Assembly (NCBI GenBank): GCA_002633005.1
Contig: NMRA01000086.1
Location: 283,034-347,033 of the forward strand
Direction of reading: 5' to 3'
From: Phoronis australis
Taxonomy: Eukaryota; Animalia; Phoronida
Length of the DNA stretch: 64,000 nt
Shown here: positions 39,435 to 50,884 of the stretch, one piece after another
Layout: each line of letters opens with the position of its first letter
Numbering within the stretch: the first letter of the stretch is position 1
Position numbers and translations under genes: made by a program
Notes under the pieces: model-generated
Seen by the model: the letters and a program-made list of their open reading frames with translations, nothing else
What the model was told of the DNA's origin: nothing
Database searches by the model: none

Positions 39435-42400
39435 ATGGCACTGGCTTGTGTTCTTTCTGCTGCTGGAAAATCTGGTGGTGCCAGTGCGACATTTCTTTTA
39501 CGGAACAGCCCGACATCTGTTGTAGGAGGTAAGGTCAAAGTTGTCTTCAGCCGTTCAGGATCCTGCTTCACTTCACAAACACTGACTAAACATCAGGTAG
39601 TCAGCGACTAGACAGTGACTCTGCAGCAGTGATGGTGAGGCTCAAAGGAGCTTCATACGCCGGAAGCTTTTTGGCTAATAATGCCTCACACTGATTCAGT
39701 GATTGAAACATGAAAGTCTTGTTGTTATAAACTTTTACGCATACACATAGTCAGTGTACCTAATTATCGGACGGACCCCAGGCTAAATATCTGTAGTAAT
39801 AGCAGGGATATACTTAGGTTTCAAAACCCCGCTCGCCAGCAGGGCGAGTGAACCAGAAAATCTACTCACCCAACCCGAAGTAAAGTCGCCTAGCCGTTTT
39901 CGTCACTTGCTGCCAATGTCAATAAAAATCATCGTTTCGTGCTTTGATGTCACCATCTGTTAGGGCTCGTATCGTTTTTAGGAAATGAATTCCTAAGACA
40001 CTTTTGACGTCGATGAATTCCCAGCAACGCAAGACGTTGTTTTGGCGCAAAGCTACATGCAATGTAGTAATATAGGCTACAGTTACGGTGCCGATGTAGG
40101 TAAAAGACTGACCAGATAAAATCTGACACAAAAGTAGTTTTATTAAAAACTGCACTCTTCCTCACTCCTGATACCAAAATGGAAGCACTCAACCAAAAGC
40201 AACAGCGCAAGATATCAGAACTTGTCATTAAGCGCAAGTCAAACATTCTGTACATATTCATGTGGTCAAAAACTTATTCTTTGGACTTTATATTTGCCTG
40301 ATGACCTTTTATATGACAATTTCTACTCGCCCAGCACCACTTTTACTCACATTGCCGAGTGGCTAAGTATATCCCTGAATAGCTGACATTACTCGACCCA
40401 GGAATCGAACCAGCGACTCCCATAAAACCGGCAAGCGTGCTAACCATTCAGCTAATAGGCAATTGGCCGTTAGCGAGTAGCTAACAGAGGCTCACATATG
40501 ATTCACCGGAAGCACATCTACAACATATCTGACAATTCATAAAATCTTACTTGAAGCATAATCTGAGAAATGAATTACACCAATTTTGTTACGGTGTAAT
40601 GTATTCAATGTCGGACAGTGTCTCGGTTTTTACAGTGTTGCCTCATTTCGATTTCACCGAGAGAGGGTGCAATTGAAACCCCCAAGTCGGCCTAAAATGG
40701 ATGATTGCATAAATCGGATATAAAAGTTGAAAACAATAAATCTTTTTCCACAATGAAGTCACCTCAATGAACTGACATTATGTCAGTGTTTCATTTTTTC
40801 ATTTGTTTTTAAACTCAAGTCAATCCCCGGTCTGGCACGTGCGTGTGTCATATCAAGAAGGCAAAGAGATACTAAAAACTTCAGTGAGGTTGCACCTGCT
40901 TTAGTCGTCTGCATTGATTCATTGTTCAACGAGTTGGTGCTGTCATCAGATGACATTTTGTTGCGAACGAAGCTGTGTTCTACCAGCAAATACATCAAAA
41001 CACTTGAGCCGCAATTTGGCGAGAAGGTGCCCGCGGCCATTACTTGGTTAGTCAGTTTTCCATGGTGTGGCGTATGTGGAAACATGGTGTCCAATATTTA
41101 GGTTCTACAAAGGTTTGCTAGTTGTATTTTTAATGAATAGTCAGAACATAAATGTGGCTTTCGGTGACAATTGTCTGATATAGTGACAGAACTACTATGT
41201 AAAGGAACGTTTTTATTTCAGTAAAGGATTTGCAACAGTGCATAGTATTTCCAATTAAGTATAATGCAAAATGTGCCAAAATTTCCAATAATTGGGTGGC
41301 TTGACTATAGAGAGACACCTGGCTTAGCCGGAGGCCGTCGATGTCTTTAATTCCGTCCAGTTCCAGCTCGAACCAATATTCCCGTAATCCACATTTTTCT
41401 TCGAGCAGTCCTTCATTCAGTTGCCCAAGTCGGCTACTGGCCATTTTACACTGCGCTCCCTATGTTTACCGTGCATGCCAGAAGCGCGGACAGTGTTTTA
41501 CCTTAAAAATGGAGAGTTGCCGGGAGTATTGGTTTGAGTTAGAAAGAATTAAAGACATCGACATCCTAAGGTGTTCCTTTATGTGCAAAAACTTCTTATA
41601 ACAATGTGACTTTCATGTTTTAATAAGTGTGAGGCATAATTCCCTGAAAACCTTCCGCCGTCTCTACTGGGGCCAGTGAGAGACAGTGGTCACTATCTAG
41701 TCAGCGATTAGATTGTTGTCTGAAGACTATCGTCAAAATACATCTTGGAATCAATGTGTGTCCATTTTATATAGACTTAGAAATTTCACAACGCCTGGGA
41801 AGTTCTGTTGGTAACCTCGCTATGAAACTGAGACTGCCACTGGTTGTAGAACCAGTTTCCTCCACTAACTGACCAGGTAAATACACCCGTTGTTCACTTA
41901 TTCAGCGATTGTCTGAATTCTCTAAATTAAGGACCGCTATATCCAACCATGCCACTTATATTAACATATGAACATCCAAAGTTTGGTTCGACGACCTCCT
42001 AGGATTAAATTTTTATGTCTTTATAAGTTTTTTTCACCTCAACCAGACTCCAGAATCTTCTGAACAGGATTGTTAATACTTTACCTACCAAATCTCTGAG
42101 AATCATTAAAGCAATGGAAACCAGTCCATAGTGAATGTTTTTATACGTACTATATCTAAATACTGATCTAATTTTCAGTTGCACACTTCATGACGGCAAC
42201 AGGTGGTGAGCCTCTACCACGATACGGACCCAAGCCTTTCCCGTACACAGAGAAAAAGTTCACACCATTTCACGCCCTGATCGAATCCCCCACGAGAAGA
42301 TTCAATGAGAACTCTAAGATAATTGTCGTTGAAGGCAACATAGGAACGGGAAAAGCAGACTTTGTGAAGCGTTTGGCAAAGGAATTCGATTTACACGCCA

Positions 42401-45400
42401 TGGCTCCAGTCAGTCTGGACGATATATTCAGCTTCCCACAGTATGATTACGATCTACGTGAGATGGATAGTTATTTACCTCACAACGCGTCGTACTATGA
42501 TCTTAAACAGTTTTACCAGGAAAAAGATAAGTCGGATGGTCGGGCTGCGTTATTGCAAGCAAGCTTCTTCTTTATGAGGTGGTTCCAATACTCAGAGGCC
42601 ATGTTGCATCTCATCAGCACAGGCATGTATTGCATTGTACTTTGCTATCTCTCATTGGCTTGGACTGTCCATAGCTGATCTGTCAAAAGCAAGAGTGTCT
42701 GTTCAGTCAGTGGCGACTTTAAATTTATTTGGTGGTGCTTGTCAAACAACGCTTCTGCCTGTAGAAATCCATACATTCGGCTAATCGCATGGGACTGTTA
42801 CCGCGCAGGTGCCCTCATAGTGACGTTGTTTCTGATGCTCCCAATCTATTCAAATGCTAAAAAGAGAAACCTTTGTTCATTGGCACCACCTGGTTAATAA
42901 ATCCCCAGTTGTGTCCCATCTTTTCCACATTGGTGTACAGAACAAGTTTTTGGAAACCAAACTATGGTGTACTCGTGTGATGTAAGAGACAATACTTGTC
43001 AGCAGTTACAAATTTAGAAGTGCTTACTGCTTGTCTAAGTGTTCATTAGGTGCATATCTAACCAGGTGTAGATCAAGAGGTGACCCTAGACCCCTGAATC
43101 CATTTTGGGATATAATGACAACTGAATTTTGAAAATAATACTGACATGATTTTGGAGAGGTACTTAATGTAAAATAGGTGATGAAATACATTTTGCATAA
43201 AATTCCCAAAGCAGTGTTTAGTATCCTTCTTATAGGCCTTTATTTGTATATTTGTGGCCTCATATTACCGTCTTTTCTATCTGTGCAGCGTCTGTCCATC
43301 TGTTCAGCATATGCGGCTGCATTTCCTAAAACCCTTGCAGGATCTTTGTATATTCCTTTGAGTGTGACAACGGATGACTACGACTTCTGCTCGGATGAGA
43401 CTTCCGCTGCACTCTCTTGTGACAATTTTAGTTTTTTTCCTTTTCCCTCTGTATATTTGAAGTTCCTTAAACGGATTTTCATGAAATGTAGCAAATAGGT
43501 ATCTATTAAGGAGTCATTGATACTTTCCCGTTTTTGTACAGGTCCAACACATTCTGTGCCTTCTAGTGGCCATTTCTTATGACACTTTATAAACACCCAT
43601 GGGCCTGGAAGCCTTCCGTTTGCGGCGCAGCCACGGGCGCATTTCAATGCTCCGCATTGCTTTAGTTGTTTTCATGTCTTGTCCTTAATTCCATTTTAGG
43701 CTCTGGTGTTGTGCTACCACGCTCCTGCTACAGTGATGCTGTTTATTGCGATACACTTCTGGAGCTGGGCTATATAAAGCAACAAGGTTAGTTTGCTGTT
43801 CTGTCTTGTTCCCATGTTTTGAGACACACATGGATTTGGATTGAAGGCACATGAGGGTTATTTTTGTCTTGAGTTATGACTGGTTTAAACGCTTGAAACT
43901 TTTGAATGCAGATCATGCTCTGAAGTGATGGGCAGAAACCTTGCCGAAAGTCTTGGAAACGATTTTAGGTTACGATGTGTACAATTGCTCTTAACTGACC
44001 ACATGAAAAACTGCGACTATCCTTTTATTTCAGGGTACAACTACATCACAAAAGTGCGTGCGAATGCCATTTGTGACCTGTGGAAGCCGCACCTAACCAT
44101 ATACATAGACACACCTGTGGAGCAACTATTGGAGAACATCAAGAAACGGGCCAGGGTATGCATTCACAGATTTGGGAATGGACCATTAGAATTGGGTGTC
44201 CCGAAAATGCACTTGCTCTTCAGATGATAACTTCATTGTTTACAAACTCAGGAACAAGATTACTAGATGAAATTGATAAGGTGGTAACCAACATAAATGC
44301 ATTGTTTATAATCTTTGAATTGTGAAAATTAACTGTCTTTGCTCTTCCTTGATGTTTTTGAGTTTTCAGTAGTGTTGCAAGATAGATTTTGTTCTTCTGA
44401 ACCGATTCATTTATGTGAGTACATTTCGGGACACCCTATACTCTCATTATTCGAACTTAGCACAGGCTAAAGGTGCAGCTTGACCATGGTTTTACTTGTT
44501 TTGATTGCAGACTTCGAAACAAGAAGCACAGGTGCACAGAAGTTTGAAATTTTCAGCATCTTAATCTTATCAGCTCTTGTGCGGTCAAGCAACTGCTAAG
44601 TTAAAACATTGGATTTCCAATTTTTATCAATCACAAAATGTAAATAAGAATTGAAGGTTAACACTTCATAAATATCTAAAAACAGTTAACACAGTCGCAG
44701 TTTGTGTTTTTATTCCTGCTTTCAATGTAATACGTACACACGTTCACATCTCCATATGCACGGATGCCATTAATTAGATAAATGTTTCCACTTTCATAAA
44801 TCACCTTCAATCTGAAGTAAGTTGTACTGGTAATACAACACATTCGTTATGACTTTCCTTGAATGACCCTCACAGCCGGAAGAAATGAACAGCCCCATCC
44901 TGAACGAGCAATACCTTCGGCTGATTGAGAAAAAGTACAAGGAGAAGCTGTTGCCCGAGATGAGAAAGTCTGGCGAAGTGTTGGTCTACGACCACTCGGA
45001 AGTCGATGACTGGGAGGCAGTACGTACCACTGTGATGACTGATTTGTCTGTAGTATTGTCTATTTTGTTATGGAATCCCAGGGCTTATATTACACAAATG
45101 ACGTTTTTGATTACTATAAGTCTACTCCATCTGTGTGCCCAGTCTTATATTGAGCAGTGCCAAGTGTATGGCTGTTGGAAAAGTGCTGTTAGTAGCTGGC
45201 TCTTAATTGGAAATTTATTGAAGCATTATACTGCATTGCACGTAATGGTGTCCATTGTCTGTGGAAGTGAGAAAATTTAAGAGTTGCTTTCCACATTTCA
45301 CAAAAATAAAGGGCATGGTGTTGGTTCGAAAAATTTCTTTGGGTACATCAATAAAGCTATACAACGTGAAGAAGAGCAATAGTTTCAAACAGTTTTGCAT

Positions 45401-48400
45401 TAATACTAATTTAAGGATAACGCTGTTATAATTTGTTTTGGATTCCATGTACTCTATTAAGTTTGAAAATTGTGCTGAATTTTAACAGGTAAATTTAGTA
45501 TTGAATATTTGTCATGCGAAATCGTATTGTGATAAACAGTTGTCTTTAAAAAAAGATAAAATTCCCAGATGTTCTGCACATACGTGATCTTCCGATATAT
45601 GAAACAAGTGAAGTGTATTGTAGAACAAACACATTTGCTGTGTGCCCTTAAAATCTTAGAATTTCATCTAAAATATTTTTACTGATACGGTCATCTTTTA
45701 CAGTGCATATTTTGTCAATAGTTCTGTGTAGGTCACCAATTTTGCTTTGAAAGCTTTTCAACAAGTGTTGGTTTTCACTAGTCTAACAAACACCTCATTA
45801 TCGCTGTAGATTGTGGATGATATTGAGCGGCTTCAGCTTGATCCGGTTCCCGAAGATGAGGTCAAGTTTGCCGACTGGAATAAACACCGAGAAGACGAGT
45901 TCAATGAGTTCAGGATGCTGTAAGTAATAGGCTGCTGCGTTTGTATTTGAATATGAATTCTGTTGGCAATTGAGATGTGAAAAGCCCAGCATGAGAGAGA
46001 TAGTTCAAATTGTTCAGTAGACTTTGCCACTTACCAGTTTAATACTGCATTTTGAGCCAATATGATACAGCAATGACAAGATGCACGGTGGGCGTTTAGA
46101 GGATATGTGTCAGTGTTATCATACTCTTTTGGTCGGCCATCTGGCTTAGCTACTGCAACCTTACTAACTTGTATTTGTTGTACTCTGGTGGCAGATACAT
46201 ACTTATATCATGGGTACTGGCAAATGTTGAAAGCTACTGCTCTCGGCAGTTTTTTCCTTCGATGTTTTCTTACAAAGAAAAATCTAATACACATACCACT
46301 GGATGTGCCTGTGTTTGAGTATTTAAATTGTTTTCTTTTGTTGCTGTGTTCTGTAGACTTGAAGATAATTAGCTTGCACTTGCAGCGAAAAATTATTATT
46401 TATGAAACAGAAACGGTGATTAAAATCCCATAATCCCAGGGGTCGGTTGCCATTTTGTTAATATGCTCTTGGCCATACTCGTGAAATGCTCACTGTTCAT
46501 TCGCATGATTTTGTGAGGTTTTGCAAGATCTTGCTTTTCTCGCAAGAAGTTAGGTCTGCACAACGCTATCCTGAGTAGCACAATACTTCCCAAATTAACT
46601 CAAATCTGTTGAAGGAAGGCTGTAAGAGAGTCATTGTTCTCTTGCAGACACCAGAACAAGAAAAGGATGTATAGGGAATACTTCAGGAGAGAGCCACCTT
46701 TTGATTCACCAGAGATGCTGTTGAGTATCGATGCCTGCAACAAGTGGATGGATCTCGAACAAACGGTACATAGCTTAGCTCCAACTGAATGCTATAACCT
46801 TAGATTTGGTCTACAGCTATGCTTGTAATGGGAGTTTTCAAAAGGTTCACGTATGTGTAACCCATTGTCTCACTTTGTCTTGGCCTTGTTAGATAGACCT
46901 GTATCTCCTAAAAGTACGTGAAGGGCTAAACCCTTCTTAGCTGAGGAAGGCTAATTATTTTAAGGTTATGTTGGATCCTAGAAAAACGTCCAACATTGTA
47001 CCTCAGAAACGACTTTGGAGTCGTATGAAACTGTAATTCAAATACTGTGCTTTGTGTGCTTTGTTTGCTTTGTGTACTGTTCTCCAAAGGGCTGTTAGGA
47101 ATTGTTTTAAAAATGTTCTATTTTGGGGGGATTTTTGTAAAAAATAGGACTTACTAAAAAATCTTAAAGTGCATAAAACGAAAATGAAATGATTGAAACT
47201 GTAACAGAATTCTTGCGATTTCATCTTGAACATTTATATCTAATGAAATTTGGTGGTCTTATTGATACTGTTCTTTTGCTACCACTATACGTTACTTTTT
47301 ACTAGATTTCACTAAAGGACATGGTCCGTGACCCTATCAAAGGCAGAGTGGCACACAATCAAAAATCGTAATTCTACAGGTTTCTGCTTTCGCAAAATAT
47401 ATACTTTTACTAGATTATCATTTATAATTTTGCAGAAACTTGGCTAAACATAAAGACTTGTCCATAAGATCCTACATAACCTTGATGTTTTCCTTATTAA
47501 TTTTGGTTGTTGTATTTGTATCCATGTGTGTGTGAGTGTGCATATGCAGATTATGCCGTCATCCCCGTCCGTCTGGCATTTGGCCAGTGTCCGCTGCTCT
47601 ATGTCCAAAACCCTTTTACCTGTTCATGAAATTTTGCATATGTGTTTCTTTCATGAATGGGATGGCGTGAGCGAACTTTTGGATGGATCTGACTACCGGT
47701 GTACCCCCATAATAGCAATTTTAGTTTTTTACTTTGCATTTACCTCTGTATTTTCAAATATCCTCAATGGATTCTCACAAAATTTGGCATATAGACATCT
47801 ATTAGTGAGATGACGCTATCCTCCCGTTTTCGGATGGATTCATGGTATTTCGCGCCATATAGTAGCCACTCTTACTGTTTTCGAGTCTGTTTTTTGGCGT
47901 CCGCCCCTCTATCAACCAAATTGCTCCAAGGATGATTGTGAAAATTGGCATGTATGTTCTTACTATAAAGAGGACGGCTGACAATGATTTTCCGATGACT
48001 TCGGCTACTGGGGCACATCCTAGTGGCAGTCTTGTAATGTTTTGTTTTGTTTTTGCGCCCATGGCTGTATCTCCTAAACGCTGTGCAGGATCTGTATTAA
48101 ATTTAGCAAATGTTTTTATATGAAGTTGACAATGGACGATGGCAACGTTCAGATGGATCTGACCTCTGATGTCCCCCTAGTGGCAATTTTAGTGTTTTAT
48201 GTTTACCCCTGTATCTTCAAAGGTCCTCGAGGGATTTTTATGCGCTCACATACTTACATGTGGACGCATTATTATAAAATTTGGAATATGGGCATCTGTT
48301 GGTGAGATGACACTATCCTCCCTTTTTCGCATGGATTCAAGGTATTTTGCGCCACTTAGTGGCCATTTTTGTTGTTTCTTAATCTAATTTTTGGTGTCCG

Positions 48401-49249
48401 CCCCTCTATCAACCAATCCATTTTAAGAATGATTTTCAAACTGTCACATGTGATCTCAGTATGAAGAGGACGGTTGACAATAATGGCTCCGGCTACTGTA
48501 GTGCCTCACAGTGGCAGTTTTGTTTTTTTTTGCGCCCATAGCTGTATGTCCTAAACCCACTACAGGATCTTTATTAAATTTGGCAAGTGTGTTCATATGA
48601 AGTTGACTACAGACGACGACGACTTTCAAATGCATGCTACAAGCACTGTGCTCCCTAGTGGCAATTTCATTTTTTCCGTTTTCCTTTGCCTCTCGGAAGT
48701 TCCTTACAGATTTTTATGAAATTTGCTAAATATTCTTCTTTTAAAGAAACAATGGCATGTTCCTGTTTTCGGATGGATTCAACATATTTTTTGCACTATT
48801 TTTATTACACAAATAAATGTCCCTAGAAGCACACCGTTTGCGGTTTATTTGTGGGCGCATTTCAACAGTCCGAGTTGCTCTTGTTATTCCCAGTATTTGT
48901 TTTGTGTACTGAAATAAATTTTGGGGTTGTTTAATCCTTTGTCGGAGAATGTCTTTCCTGCATTTTCATAGAAAGATCACGATATTGAGAATGGGATACA
49001 TATAGTTTTGATACTAGAAGTTTTACAAACATGAACATTAGGGAATTTGGTAGATTAGGAAAGCATAGCTTCTAGGTCCACTTTGTTCTCTTCTTTCAGC
49101 ACCCAATGCATCGATACGCGCCTGGCTGGAACCCAGACTTTGGGGACAACTATTGGAAGATGGTGTTCAGCCTGTTTAGTTCAAAAAAACAAGTGGGCTC
49201 CGACGAGAGACCTGGTTACCTGTTCAGGAGCTACCATAGCATTAAGTAA
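39435..49249 (+). CDS. NDUFA10: NADH:ubiquinone oxidoreductase subunit A10 (42 kDa, dNK fold), mitochondrial, ~422 aa
   Basis: 8 exons: 39435-39528, 42179-42622, 43700-43786, 44034-44155, 44876-45019, 45810-45919, 46648-46765, 49100-49249 (1269 nt, in frame using a GC donor after 42622). Transit-like N-terminus, RFNENSKIIVVEGNIGTGK P-loop, AMLHLISTG-SGVVL, PHLTIYID, RYAPGWNPD. Confidence 0.92.
39803..40377. mobile_element. 575-bp non-autonomous DNA transposon with 15-bp perfect TIR and 5-bp TSD (hAT5-like)
   Basis: TIR CAGGGATATACTTAG / CTAAGTATATCCCTG; AATAG on both flanks (39798-39802, 40378-40382). Confidence 0.8.
41330..41830. mobile_element. Inverted partial copy of the large foldback family
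   Basis: Matches the 20265-20577 palindrome, then the reverse complement of ~19980-20215. Confidence 0.7.
43230..43664 (+). mobile_element. HINE-like element
   Basis: Same internal motifs; 3' gggcgcatttcaatgctccgcattgc. Confidence 0.6.
47540..48884 (+). mobile_element. HINE-like element with internal tandem subrepeats
   Basis: 5' part matches 33990-34330. An internal ~480-bp block is duplicated (approx. 47700-48170 / 48170-48650). 3' gtgggcgcatttcaac...ttgctcttg. Confidence 0.75.
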
Positions 49250-50016
49250 AAGGGACGGCTTTGCACGTGACTGGACATCTGCTGGCATTGTGATTAAGTA
49301 ACACTGGCTTTTGTAGTGAATTTTGTAATGCCCTGTTGAAGCTGAAGGTGCAGTTAGCCTGCATATCTCTCTGGAAGGGGATTTGCTCTAGCTTATGATG
49401 GGTACAGGTTGCTCCTGAAGATTTAAATTATGTATAACCCCCCGCCACTAAAGGAATGTCTAGAAAATTTTGAATATATTGTCTGCAAACACCTACTCTA
49501 CAATTTGTTTTCTGAAGCATTTAGCGTTTGGGTTTCTTTTTCTCTAAAAAGGTGTTACCAAACTGCACTTGTTTGTTTTTTTTTGTTCAAAAAGGACCCT
49601 CTGAAACATTTATCCTGGTTCTGGGGTGCGTTCCATAGCCATGAAAAACGTGTGAAAATGCATTACAAGTGAACCACGCTAGCTTTCTCGCATATGTTGT
49701 GGGTCTACTCGTTCATAGTGAACGGGAATACACTTCCTGTGCAACGCATGAATTTCTTAACTTTTCAATTTTCACACGGCTTTCTGTGCAGGCCCATGTT
49801 AGTACCATGGATGTCATTTAGTGAATTCTGGGCTCATTTAATGGACATAGGGGCTGTAACGCCACCTGTTGGAAGCCTCAGTCATGTGAAGTGTGATAAG
49901 TGTTGTAGTGATGCACTGAGAGTTCTTTGAATAGTTATGGTGGTGCTGAATAAATATAAAGATAATCCCATTGGTCTTGTTTCAATTTAAAGCAGGTTTA
50001 ATCATTTTTAAGACCA

Positions 50017-50507
50017 CAATTCATGCCAATGATCATGTTACAGATTCTGTTCACAATAATGGTACGCTTTCAATTCATGCCAATGATCATGTTACAGATT
50101 CTGTTCACAATAATGGTACGCTTTCAATTCATGCCAATGATCATGTTACAGATTCTGTTCACAATAATGGTACGCTTTCAATTCATGCCAATGATCATGT
50201 TACAGATTCTGTTCACAATAATGGTACGCTTTCAATTCATGCCAATGATCATGTTACAGATTCTGTTCACAATAATGGTACGCTTTCAATTCATGCCAAT
50301 GATCATGTTACAGATTCTGTTCACAATAATGGTACGCTTTCAATTCATGCCAATGATCATGTTACAGATTCTGTTCACAATAATGGTACGCTTTCAATTC
50401 ATGCCAATGATCATGTTACAGATTCTGTTCACAATAATGGTACGCTTTCAATTCATGCCAATGATCATGTTACAGATTCTGTTCACAATAATGGTGCACT
50501 TTCAATT
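50017..50507. repeat. 54-bp minisatellite, 9 copies
   Basis: Unit caattcatgccaatgatcatgttacagattctgttcacaataatggtacgcttt starts at 50017, 50071, ... 50449. Eight units are identical; the last has ggtgcac. Confidence 0.97.
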
Positions 50508-50884
50508 TGGTTGTAATGAGCACATTTCTTTAAAGATACTCTTTTTTAGTTTTCACTAATTGGGAAGGCAGAATGGATCTGGTCAATCAAAAGGTTTTGC
50601 TAAAAATGGAAAATTTTGGAAATTAATTCTCTGTATAAAATTGCATTTCTGCCTTCATTTTGGCCGTTTTGTTGCAACATCAGAGGGTGAAAATCTATTA
50701 CGTTGATTTGGAAATAATTCAGTCCTGTTCAAAAACCATCATTTGTGAATAAGTTTTGACAACAGTGGTTTGTGTTATAATTTGTATTGTGAAGTTTTAA
50801 CCAAAATGAAGAGGAAAGAGTACCTTTAAAGATAACAAAAACTTGTGACTAATTTAACATGACCCGTTCCAGGTAGATTAAGCC

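Noticed and set aside
39529-39596. Longer NDUFA10 exon 1 ending at CAG|GTAG (39596)
   Set aside because: Phase 0 is incompatible with the phase-1 acceptor at 42179, whereas the GTAAGG donor after 39528 fits.
45028-45160. Intronic box C/D snoRNA (GTGATGA)
   Set aside because: No well-placed CTGA D box or convincing terminal stem.
49971-50559. 181-aa and 178-aa repetitive ORFs; possible CRISPR-like array
   Set aside because: By-products of a 54-bp tandem unit. There are no unique spacers and no cas genes, and the context is eukaryotic.
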